The position numbers were made by a program, and so were the translations under genes. Shown here in pieces: positions 49,473-60,362 of a stretch of 64,000 bases of DNA. The stretch comes from Octopus vulgaris (lineage: Eukaryota): NCBI GenBank assembly GCA_951406725.2, contig OX597829.1, forward strand, positions 37,448,001 through 37,512,000, read 5' to 3'. The notes below the pieces were generated by a model. It did no database searches and was not told the origin of the DNA. It saw only the letters and a list, made by a program, of their open reading frames with translations. Positions within the stretch are counted from its first letter, which is position 1, and every line of letters starts with the position of its first letter.

Positions 49473-51541
49473 GTCTACAATAAAAATGAGTGCTAGGTGA
49501 AAGACTTTCTATGGATGAAGACTGAGAAAGATGTGAAAAGAAGAAGTAAAGTACACTTAGATCTTGTGATGTTAGGCAGCATGGATGAGATAATACTATA
49601 TGGGTTGAGATGGGTGACAACATATCTGAATGGCAGATCTTTCTAACCCATTCTAACATAAAATTTAGGATACTGAAAACAATATTCACAATCTAGTTTC
49701 AAATAAACCCTTGCATACATATTTTGAAATTAACTGTTGTTACTGAAATATCAGAACAAATAAACAGTTCATACCTGCTTTTTTTTCCTTTTTCTTTTTA
49801 ATGTAAAGACAGTTTGAAATACTGTCAGAGCAAGCATTCATTTGTTGAAATTACGTCTCTGTTTCTGCCTCTCTGTCACCCTCTAACCTTTTCATCCTCT
49901 GACATTAGTTCCCTCTCCTCAAATGCCCCTGCACCTCTCATAATTCATTGTCTTGTGAGCTACTTGATGACCCTGCCAGTGCTGATGCCACGTAAAAAGC
50001 ATCCACTCCACACTGTAAAGTGGTTGGCATTTAGAAGGGCATCCAGCTGTAAAAACCATGCCAAAACTAACCTCACCTGTACTAGTGCCATGTAATAAGC
50101 ACTGAGTCTACTCTGCAGAGTGATTGGTGTTAGGAAGGGCATCCAGTTTTAAAAACCTTGCCAAGACAGACAGAGTAGCATAGGGTAGTTTTTCTACCTG
50201 GCCGGCTCCTGTGAACCTTCCTACTCATACATGCAGGGAAGATGGACATTAAATGATGATGACGATGATGATGATGATGCCAAAGCAAACATAGAATCTA
50301 GTGCAGACATTTGGCTCATGTTTTTGTGAAAATGTCCAAGCCATGGAAAAGGAGATGTTAAATGCTGCTGCTGCTGACGACGACAACGACGGTATCTACA
50401 ATGTCAATTACAAAACTTTACATTGAATTCAATTATTGACCACATTGGTCAATATCAGTTAATCTATGTACAGTGAATCTAAGTTGTAAAAGTCTCATAA
50501 TTGTTTTCATTTGTATGTTTTGTTTTCTAGAGTTTTTCAACTTTATGTTCTAATTTCAAAATTCACAAGGATCGGCTTTGCTTTTCATTCTTTCCGGAAT
50601 TGATAAAATAATCATCAACCAAAATTACCTTGTACCTAAACCACCATTATTGTCATCTGTCACACTAATTCCACTCTTTCACACTTACCTACCCACCCAC
50701 CTTTTCCATTCTTCTATTCCTGCTCTTTCCCTCACATTCAGTTTGTACCTTGACTTCACATTTCTCTCTCTTTCCAGATGGGGAAACTATGTATTCATAT
50801 CTTCAGCAAAGCACTTGCTCTTGTCCTTCCATATTTTCATATTCCTCAATACTATATACTCTATTCATTTGAGGGATCCAATGCTGGTGCCATGGAAAAA
50901 AATATTCTGGCATTAGGAAGGGCATCCAACTACAGATACTGGAGCTCAGAGCAGCTCTCTGACTTGTTGATTCATGTCAAATCATCCAACCCATGCTAGC
51001 ATTGAGTTGAATGATTTCAATCCATGCCAGCGTGATGATCATGACGACCACACTGCCTAAAGAAAAATCTCTCACTATTGATTAGCTAACATTCACTCAC
51101 CAATATGCAACAATTACCAGCTTAGAGATAAAGTGTATCTCCTACCATTACTATAACAGCTTTGGCTTCTTTGAACGAGTAAGCTGCCTCTCCATTTCTG
51201 TCATCTTCCGTACGATTTGTCACATCAAAATTTTATCTTAAAAACACTTATCCCCAATTCTTCTTGTCCACATTTTCCATGTAGATACCAACCAACGGAA
51301 AAATTTGAATAGAACTTGAATTGTTTCAGTTTCACCAGTTGAGAAAGACTCGCAGAGAAACGTGAGAGGAGAATGCATTTTCTTATCCTCCCAACTAACA
51401 AAACAAGAGTATACAGATGACTGATCGATATTGCCTCTTGATACCAGGAATTCAGAATGAAATGTTACTGGTTTTGCCCTTTTACTTGAGAGGGAGGGAA
51501 GAAAAAGTTACGTTACAGTTTAGGCTGTAGATAAGTAATTA

Positions 51542-52505
51542 CCGTAAATCTTTGAGTATAATCCGCATTTTTTTCCCAAAATTTAAAGGTCAAAATCCCT
51601 AGTGCATACTATGTATGAGGTTAAAAATGAAAAATATTTTCTAAGCAATGTCCGAGTCTCTATTTGCTGTCCGGCAATGTTTATTCAGACGCATTTTGTG
51701 AGGTTGGGTCCGAAAATACCTTAAGCTAAACCTGAAAGCAATGAAGTCATAAAAGAATCATCCATAACTTGTAGTAAGCAACATTTATTAAAATAAAAGT
51801 ATTCAGAACACAGAATATCATGTAACAAAAACAATTTGCAAACATATTACATTCCCATATAACAGTTAAGAACATCACCATTATTGTATTACACATGCGC
51901 GGAAGTGTTTGTTCGACTTGGTGCTGCAGGTTTAATTATGCACAACTCAAGTTAGAGAAGGGTGTGTATTATACACAAGGTTTAGGTTTTTCAGAGGTAC
52001 AGCCCCCTAAAAATCCCCTGCGTATTGTATTCAAGGACAGATCAATGAAGGTTGGAAGTCTTCGACAATGACTGCCTCCGGTGCATTCTTTGCTGCTGTC
52101 AGGTGGATTGAGTTCCCACCGCCAATCTCTGCCTTTGCGGCCCCTTCCATCTGTCCTTCTGCAATGGCGCTTGCGGTGGTTTGGCCATGCATGTAGGCGT
52201 CCGGTGGGTGAACTGAGCCGTGATGTCCTTCTCCCAACTCCACTTCCCAACTGGCCGATACGCGCGGGCGGGCAGCTGAAGACCTGGGTTATGACGATCA
52301 AGGAGGACCTCTCCGTGCTCACGGGACTGCAAGTGGTCGGCCTGCGCCGATGGAACCGTGACTGGCGCAGGACCGTCATGCATGGGCTGCCATGGTTCGA
52401 GATGCCTCGAGGGTGGTAGAAGAAGCCGACTCAACCCGTCCAGAGTGAATGTCGCCACAAGTACAAGTAAGTACTCAAGGGCGGACTATACTCGAAGATT
52501 TATGG
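51542..52505. mobile_element. pogo/Tigger-like MITE carrying a nested LINE fragment
   Basis: TA|CCGTAAATCTTTGAGTATAATCCGC...GCGGACTATACTCGAAGATTTATGG|TA. Confidence 0.8.
52037..52470 (+). mobile_element. GC-rich 5'-truncated RTE-clade LINE (second family)
   Basis: WRLRWFGHACRR..WPIRAGGQLKTWVMTIKEDL..GLRRWNRDW, CAAGTA-repeat tail, TSD GTA(T/C)TCAAGG. Confidence 0.82.
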
Positions 52506-53125
52506 TAATACTGATCATCATCGGTTTTCTTTCATTTGGGATTTTATTCTATGAAATATATATATATATATATTTTTTATTCCCAAGCACACATTCTTGG
52601 TAATCTGTGTGCTCGCGCGCGTTTTTTTCCTTTCATATGAGGATTCGGGTTTGTTTTCCCATACGTCTCTCTCGCCGACTGAGGAAGTGGGTCGAGTAAG
52701 GAAATAATTCATACTGGAAAATTCTCAGACGACCAAGAGTTAAGTAAAGGTTAGCAAGTACCTATTAAAAACACCTGGGGATTTGGTAGAGCCAGTTTTG
52801 CGAAGACAAATCTTAGAAAAAGATCCAAAGATAAAGATAATAAGAAATCGTAATGTTTTATTGACGTGGATAGAAACCGTACAAAATAGTTTGGTGACTG
52901 CTGCCACACAGTCGAAGGCCTCGTTCCGCAGGCATTTTCCGTGAAGAGTAATTATTTCTAAGATATTTTAAGTGACAATAAGTGGCATGATGTGGCGGAT
53001 GTTGAAATTGTTCAGGCCGGGAACCGAAAGACGCCGATTTCTTTGATCAATATATTTTACTTTCATCGTCACAATTTACACAATCAATAAATTTATCGAC
53101 ACCCCAAGGAATAAACCACAATAAC

Positions 53126-53178
<53 letters not shown>

Positions 53179-53307
53179 AAGCAAACCGTTGACAAGTGCA
53201 GAACTAAAACCAACACGAGTGATTGACAGAAATACAAGTTTGTAAACAAAAGGAAAACGAAGAATAAAGCTTATCGAAAATTTTCGTAAAGCAACATATG
53301 CACTTAC

Positions 53308-53360
53308 AAGAGAAGTTTATTCTCAAAGGTGGTTTTAAAATATTCTTCTAGGCTCATCAT
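53308..53360 (-). CDS. CFAP73: CFAP73/CCDC42-family exon 1 (coding part)
   Basis: Encodes MMSLEEYFKTTFENKLL then tt|gtaagt, phase 2; matches the family N-terminus LE(D/E)YFRTTFEDKLL. Confidence 0.93.
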
Positions 53361-53419
53361 TTTTGCGATTTTTTTATCCGACGTGTTTAGCAGGAATGCA
53401 ATCAAATTATTGTTTAGAG

Positions 53420-53432
53420 GTTTCTTAGCAAC
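53420..53432 (-). promoter_or_regulatory. RFX X-box
   Basis: GTTGCTAAGAAAC 60-72 nt upstream of the ATG of a ciliary gene; CACGTG lies at 53436-53441. Confidence 0.6.
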
Positions 53433-54010
53433 GATCACGTGCGCTGCTCAGAAACTAATAAACGTTTGTTTATTTTCCCCCCTCAGCTCCATCTCTTGTT
53501 GTCCTATCTATTCACAATCATTTAGAAACATTCAAATATTACATTAACCATCGAAATTTATTTCAAGGAAACCTTTAGCGGCTAATGAAAAATATAAGGC
53601 GCTTGTACACTTTCATACCTCGGCCCATTTTTAAATATCAAGGTTTTGGACTATTTTTCTACCTCTAGCCAAGCAAGAGTTCGACAAAACTATTATTAGA
53701 ATTTTATATTCATTATTAGATTTATTATACACAAACATCGCAATTTTATAGATTAGACTAAGGACAAATGTGAGATAATTTGGCATGGATCCTATAATTT
53801 TTAAAATTATCAAAATATTAATAAATGGTATAACCAAAAGAGAGTTCAGTAAAAGTAGTAATTTTTTATTTCGACTTCAAAGGCTTATTACATGCGTTAT
53901 AAAATGACTGACAGTAACTTTTAACGTCGGTTCCCAAGCAGGTGCGAATTTCACTAAATATCGTTTTTGGAGATTGGAATACTTTTGAAAAGTACTATAG
54001 ATGAAATAAT

Positions 54011-54403
54011 CTTTTCTACTCTAGGCACAAGGCCCGAAATTTTGGGGGACGGGGGCCAGTCGATAAGATCGACCCCAGAACACAACTGGTACTTAATTTA
54101 TAGACTCCGGAAGGACGAAAGTCAAAGTCGACCTCGGCTTAATTTGAACTGAGAACGTAGCGGCAGACGAAATACCTATTTCTTTACTACCCACAAGGGG
54201 CTAAACACAGAGGGGACAAACAAGGACAGACGGATTAAGTCGATTACATCGACCCCAGGGCGTAACTGGACTTAATTTATCAACCCCAAAAGGATGAAAG
54301 GCAAAGTTGACCTCGGCAGAATTTGAACTCAGAACGTAACAGCAGATGAAATACGGCTACACATTTCGCCCGGAGTACTAACGTTTCTGCCAGCTCGCCG
54401 CTT
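54011..54403 (-). mobile_element. Dimeric SINE (full tail-B copy plus 5'-truncated tail-A copy) under one TSD
   Basis: TATAGATGAAATAAT at 53996-54010 and 54404-54418. Confidence 0.85.
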
Positions 54404-54649
54404 TATAGATGAAATAATGCAAAAGCATATTGCCAGTGTGCACACACACTGACATTTACAGTTCTTTGCTTAAGAAAACAATTACACAAGAGCTGTTGAT
54501 GAAGTTAGCTACAAGTGCTCTGTTAGTCAGGATTCCAGGATAACATAGAGAAGAGTTACGGAGGTGTACATGCATAGCAAGTGACCTGATCTGAGATCGT
54601 GTGCTGGAACGAAAACAATTGCGGCATGGAAGGTGTTTATAAGCCATTT

Positions 54650-54876
54650 AAGAAACACACAAAATCCGTTAGATTCACTTCAACATTTAAATTTAATTTG
54701 CTAAAATATTTTTTGTCGCTTAGAGACCGCGACCTGTTCACTGACAAAATTCCATGCTGCATCTCTGTGCACGGAATTTTGTCAGTGATCAGGTCGCGGT
54801 CTCTAAGCGACAAAAAATATTTTGACAAATTAAATTTAAATGTTGAAGTGAATCAAACGGATTTTGCGTGTTTCTT
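54650..54876. repeat. About 105-bp-arm palindrome; each arm carries a variant hammerhead-like motif
   Basis: AAGAAACAC..TGACAAAATTCC / GGAATTTTGTCA..GTGTTTCTT; a degenerate relative lies at 8245-8390. Confidence 0.85.
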
Positions 54877-55231
54877 GGATCTTTTTACTTTGACCGGCAG
54901 ATTTTTAAAATAATTTCTATGTAATTAAGTACTTTTAAACTTCGTATACTGGTAGTGTGTTACATAAAACATCTTTTTTTCTTGGCTTTCTTGAGAAAAT
55001 TCTGTAGTTTGTAAGCAGATATTGAATTCATCTCAATAGACGTCATTGATTGGTTGAAATTGCCGAAATGCAAGAAATTAAACAACAAATAGCTTACAAA
55101 CTACAGAATTTTCTCAAGAAAGCCAAGAGAAAAAGATGTTTTATGTAACACACTACCAGAATACGAAGTTTAAAAGTGTTTAGTTACATAGAAATTATTT
55201 TTAAAATCTGCCAGTCAAAGTGAAAAGATCC
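54877..55231. mobile_element. Long-TIR MITE with GG termini and 8-bp TSD (Merlin-like)
   Basis: About 140-bp arms starting GGATCTTTT(T/C)ACTTTGAC; TSD TGTTTCTT at 54869-54876 and 55232-55239. Confidence 0.75.
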
Positions 55232-56025
55232 TGTTTCTTATATAGAGAAGAGTTTTCTCAAATTATTTACATCAAAAACGAGAGAGAGAGAGAGAGAGTA
55301 TTATGATAAAATGAAACAGAAAAGAAGAAATGTACTTCGTTTACTGTCTTACATTGGTACCTATTTTGATTTGCATATATTCGCTGATATTCTCCTGTCG
55401 TTTCCGAGTCAAGCGAACCACCTTTAACCCTTTAGTGTTCAGGTTATTCAATCAAACATAATGCCTATTGATTCCCATTGATTTGAATTATGAAGAAAGG
55501 AAATCAACTCATAAATTATTGCCTCACCCACCGTTCCTTTTTGTTTTACTTCTGAATTTGACATGTTCCTAAGATGGCAAAACAGCCAATAAATTCATCA
55601 AAGAACAGTCAGATTTGTAACAATTTTTGGTCTGTTGTATTTGTGATGCTCAAGTTCTGGGATCTTCTCAGTGGTTATCCAATGCAGGTCATTCCAATAA
55701 ACTGAAGTTCCACAAAACCAAAAAAAAAAAAAAGCTCAAAGTTTCTGGGTCAATCCCACTGTTTGACTCCTTGGACAAATGTCTTGCACTTATAGCTCCA
55801 GGTCAGCCTATAGTACAAATAAATGTCCTGTACTGTAGCCCCAGATCAACCAGAAATTAAACTAAGCCTTATTAATGCATTTTGGAGGATGGAAACCGAA
55901 AGCCAGTTGTGTATGTGTGTGTGTCTCGTCTGTTCTTCCTGCCACTGCTTGACAACCAGTGTTGGTTTGTTTATGTCCGGTAACTTAGTGATCTGGTAAC
56001 AGAAATTAAAAAAAAAAAAAAAAAA

Positions 56026-56250
56026 TTTGAGCGAGGTCGTTGCCAGTACCGCCTGACTGGCCCCTGCGCCGGTGGCATGTAAAAGCACCCAATACACTCT
56101 CAGAGTGGTTGGCGTGAGGAAGGGCATCCAGCTGCAGAAACTCTGCCAAATCAAGACTGGAGCCTTGTGCAGCCATCTGGTTTGCCAGCCCTCAGTCAAA
56201 ATCGTCCAACCCATGCTAGCATGGAAAGCGGACGTGAAATGATGATGATG
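56026..56250 (+). mobile_element. (GAT)n-tailed RTE-like 3' UTR copy
   Basis: Family core. Confidence 0.8.
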
Positions 56251-57070
56251 AGAAAATAAATACTAAGATTAATTTGTTTGACAAAAACAAACTTTCAAGG
56301 CAGTGCCCTAAGAATGGCTGCTGTGTATTGACTAAAATAAGTTAAAGAAGACCAAAAAAACGGAAAATGAAATGACATTCCAATACAATTGAGTCCAAAA
56401 TTAACTGGTGCACAAAAAACTATAACTTCTTTGTATCCATGCTTTAAGAATCACAGATTATGGATCTACAAAAACAAAAAAGAAAAGAAAAGGCTTTATT
56501 TGGATGGTAGCCTTTTCCCCATAACTTTTCAGATCTGACTTCCTTCTGAAAGTTATCGGATCAATATTTTTAACACATGAAATTATGGTTCCTCAAAATT
56601 ATGCATAATATAAATCCTAAAAATTTTTCTAAAATGTCAAAATAAAAATTATGGAAAATGTGTGGGGCTTCTTTCTAACTCCAATTCTTTATATTTTAGA
56701 TTTGCAATTTACAATGCTTAAAACATACAAATCGAAAGAATTATGCTTTTTGGTACACTAGATAAATCTCTGATTGTATTCTATAGGAATGTCAAACAAA
56801 ACCTGAAGATTTTCTATTAAATTAATCAAAATAATGCACTACTGGATGAATGACACCTCTGACCTTATCCTTTCCCCTCACCCTCTATATCACTTCATTC
56901 TTCTACTTACTTCCTCCTACCTTTCTCTTATAAGAGAGCTTCAAGTGTGAAGCTCTTATGATCTTGTGTTTCTTACCAGTAGCACCCAGTATTTTTTTGT
57001 ATTTTTTTTTTTTTAATACTTAGGGTGTAAAACTTTGCTGTCTTTCATTAATTCTTTTCCTTTCAATTTT

Positions 57071-57103
57071 TCCCTGAAGAAGGAATCTGTCCAAAATGTT
57101 AGA
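57071..57103 (+). ncRNA. Decayed ultra-short hammerhead motif
   Basis: TCC-CTGAAGA-A-GGA.atctg.TCC-AAAA-TG-TT-AGA; G12 appears as A. Confidence 0.35.
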
Positions 57104-57175
57104 TTTTCCTTCCTCATGGCAAGGCGGCCAGTGGCTTTAGCCCCATGAAAGAGGAAGACACCATTCCAGTGACCA

Positions 57176-57498
57176 GAAGTGATTGTTACCAGCAGTCAAC
57201 AGCCTTACTGGCAGGGATACCTGTGCCGGTGGCATGTGTAAAGAAAAGATTCGCACGAGGTGGCATGTGTAAAAGTTCGCCAGCCACTACCGCCTGACTG
57301 GCCCCCGTGCCGGTGGCACGTAAAAGCACCCACTACACTCTTGGAGTGGTTGGCGTTAGGAAGGGCATCCAGCTGTAGAAACTCTGCCAGATCAAGATTG
57401 AAGCCTGGTGCAGCCATCTGGTTTGCCAGCCCTCAGTCATTCGTCCAACCCATGCTAGCATGGAAAGCAGACGTGAAATGATGATGATGATGATGATG
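57176..57498 (+). mobile_element. (GAT)n-tailed RTE-like 3' UTR copy
   Basis: Family core. Confidence 0.8.
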
Positions 57499-57588
57499 AC
57501 AAGTTCATTGTACACTTTTCATTGATTTTACTTTACGAATACAAGTCTTACTAACATGTCTCTTTAGAATCTGTTTGCTCATAACATA

Positions 57589-58103
57589 CGAGGGTGAGTC
57601 AAAAAGTAATGCCATTTTGTTTAGGACAGGTATAATTACCAACACAGGAACAAGTATCATGCATCAAAATGAAGCTGGTCCTCTGTGGATCACATCCCTA
57701 TTTCTCAACATAGTCACCGTTTCTCTCAATAGCAATGTTCCACCTTCGAATGAGAGCATGTATCCCTGCTCAGTAAAATTCTGTTGACTGTTCTTTGAGT
57801 CACTTCTTCACTACATTTTTCACTTCCTGGTCACTGGAATAATGTTTGCCTCTCAAATCCTCTTTCATGGGGCTAAAGAGATGAGAGTCCAGTGACGGGG
57901 AAGTGAAAATAGAATTTTACAGGGCAGGGATACATGCTCTCATTCGAAGGTGGGACATTGCTATTGAGAGAACGGTGACTACGTTGAGAAGTAGGGATGT
58001 GATCCACAGAGGACCAGCTTCATTTTGATGTATGATACATGTTCCTGTGTTGGTAATTATACCTGTCCTAAACAAAATAGCATTACTTTTTGACTCACCT
58101 TCG
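57589..58103. mobile_element. mariner-derived palindromic MITE made of two 3' ends
   Basis: TA|CGAGGGTGAGTCAAAAAGTAATG termini; about 180-bp arms encoding GIHALIRRW..GDYVEK*. Confidence 0.8.
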
Positions 58104-58296
58104 TATATGTTGGGGGGGGGATGTCTACTTGCTTGTGTTTCCTTGTCTTCACAGTACACTATTGTAAATGAGTATCACTGTCATACAAGTGGTGTTCTTT
58201 GTTTCCAATCTGTCGTGAAAATATGTCTAGCCACGGGGAAATATTACCTTGTTTGGAAACAGGTGAGGAGGGCAAATGACAAGAAAAGCATCCAGA

Positions 58297-58930
58297 AAGG
58301 CGGTGAGCTAGCAGAAATGTTAGCACGCCGGATGAAATGCTTAGCGGTATTTCGTCTGCCGCTACGTTCTGAGTTCAAATTCCGCCGAGGTCGACTTTGC
58401 CTTTCATCCTTTCGGGGTCGATTAAATAAGTACCAGTTATGCACTGGGGGTTGATATAATCGACTTAATCCGTTTGTCTGTCCTTGTTTGTCCTCTCTGT
58501 GTTTAGCCCCTTGTGGATGGAAGCACTCCGTTGGTTACGACGATGAGGGTTCCGGTTGATCCGATCAACGGAACAGCCTGCTCATGAAATTAACGTGTAA
58601 GTGGCTGAGCACTCCACAGACAAGTGTAGCCTTAACGTAGTTCTCAGGGATATTCAGCGTGACACAGAGAGTGACAAGGCCGGCCCTTTGAAATACAGGT
58701 ACAACAGAAACAGGAAGTAAGAGGGAGAGAAAGTTGTGGTGAAAGAGTACAGCAGGGATCACCACCATCCCCTGCCGGAGCCTCGTGGAGCTTTAGGTGT
58801 TTTCGCTCAATAAACACTCACAATGCCCGGTCTGGGAATCGAAACCGCGATCCTACGAACACGAGTCCGCTGCCCTAACCACTGGGCCATTGCGCCTCCG
58901 CCTTAGCCCCTTGTAGGCAGTAAAGAAATA
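58297..58930 (+). mobile_element. GGCGGCGAGCTG-family SINE with a nested antisense GGAGGCGCA-head SINE (58515-58902)
   Basis: Inner TSD TTAGCCCCTTGT; outer TSD AGAA(A/G)AGCATCCAGA. Confidence 0.88.
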
Positions 58931-60047
58931 AGAAGAGCATCCAGACGGAAAATCTGTCTCAATGAACTCCATTCTGACCCATGCAAGCATGGAAAAGAGG
59001 ATATTAAAACAAAGAAGGGTAGTAACAACATAAATGACAATTAGAGATCGTTAGTTTCTTAATCTTGCTAATTGTTAATTTAATTCAAATTAATATGAAA
59101 ACATTAAAAAATATTAAATATTTTAAATTAAAATTTTTAAAAAAATTTTATTTCTATATATTTATAATACGTAATATGAAAATATATTTTACCTGAAATA
59201 TAAAAAATCTGAATAAAAGAAAATTATTCAAAATATATTTTTTTCTTTTCTTTTCTTTCTCGTTTGTCTTATTTTCTTGATTTAATTTAATTTATTCAAC
59301 ATTAGTTATTCTATAAGAATATCTAATTACAGAATAATGTGAAATCCAATAATGAAATCAAATCGATATTTTTGGAAGCTAGAAGACAGTATATATCGGA
59401 TTTTAGTGGAACACCGAGCAAAATATCTCAAGGTGCTTAGGTGCTATGCTGGGTTCAAATACCACCAAGGCAGACTTCGCCTAGAATTCAAATGGTTGGA
59501 GGGAGGCTCCCAAAACATACAATCAAATACTGAGATCAATTTGAATATCTGTGTGTACAGCTCCAAAAATTTGCGACCTTTTCCCCAATGTTAAGAATCA
59601 TTAATTTATCAGCTATTTTCTGTAAAGTAATTGCTTTTGCTGATAAGTCATTCAGATGAGTATATCCTGACGAGGTGTTGAATATTTGATGGGTATTTAG
59701 TTATAGGACAGCATTTGTATTCACTCACGTAATCATAGATGCAGGGATAGCAGAATACAAACCTACAAAATACAAACATATAACATTTATTGTCAATACA
59801 AAAGAAAAGAAATACGCAAATTCAGTAATATAACACAATCAATCATAGAGACAGGAGAATTGGCTGTCGCTATGTAGTTTGTTTTGTAGACACGTCTTTT
59901 TGGGTTCAATCCTAAAGTGTGGTATCTGGCAAATGTTTTCTACTATAGGCTTATATGGGAAATTTGGTAGTCAGAAGTATGTTTTGCTTGTGTGTGTGTG
60001 CATATGTGAGTGTGTTTCCATATCTGCCTTTTTCTATAGGTATCCAT

Positions 60048-60362
60048 GGCCAGTGGCACGTAAAAAGCACCATCCGAACGTGGCCAATGCCAGTGCCGCC
60101 TTGGCTGACTTCCATGCCCGTGGCATGTAAAAAGTACCAACTGATCGTGGCTGTTGCCAGCCTCCTCTCGCCCCTGTGCAGGTGGCACGTAAAAAGCACC
60201 CACTACACTCTCAGAGTGCTTGGCATTAGGAAGGGGCATCCAGCTGTAGAAACACTGCCAGATCAGAATGGAGCCTGGTGCAGCCTCCTGACTTCCCAGA
60301 CCCCGGTCGAACCGTCCAACCCATGCTAGCATGGTAAATGGACGTTAAACGATGATGATGAT
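60048..60362 (+). mobile_element. (GAT)n-tailed RTE-like 3' UTR copy
   Basis: Family core. Confidence 0.8.

Noticed and set aside
52740-53100. Hidden ncRNA or exon in CpG-retaining intron 1 sequence
   Set aside because: No recognisable RNA motif or spliceable frame; promoter-proximal hypomethylation is a sufficient explanation.
59667-59673. CTGACGA as a hammerhead core
   Set aside because: No downstream stem II and GAAA.
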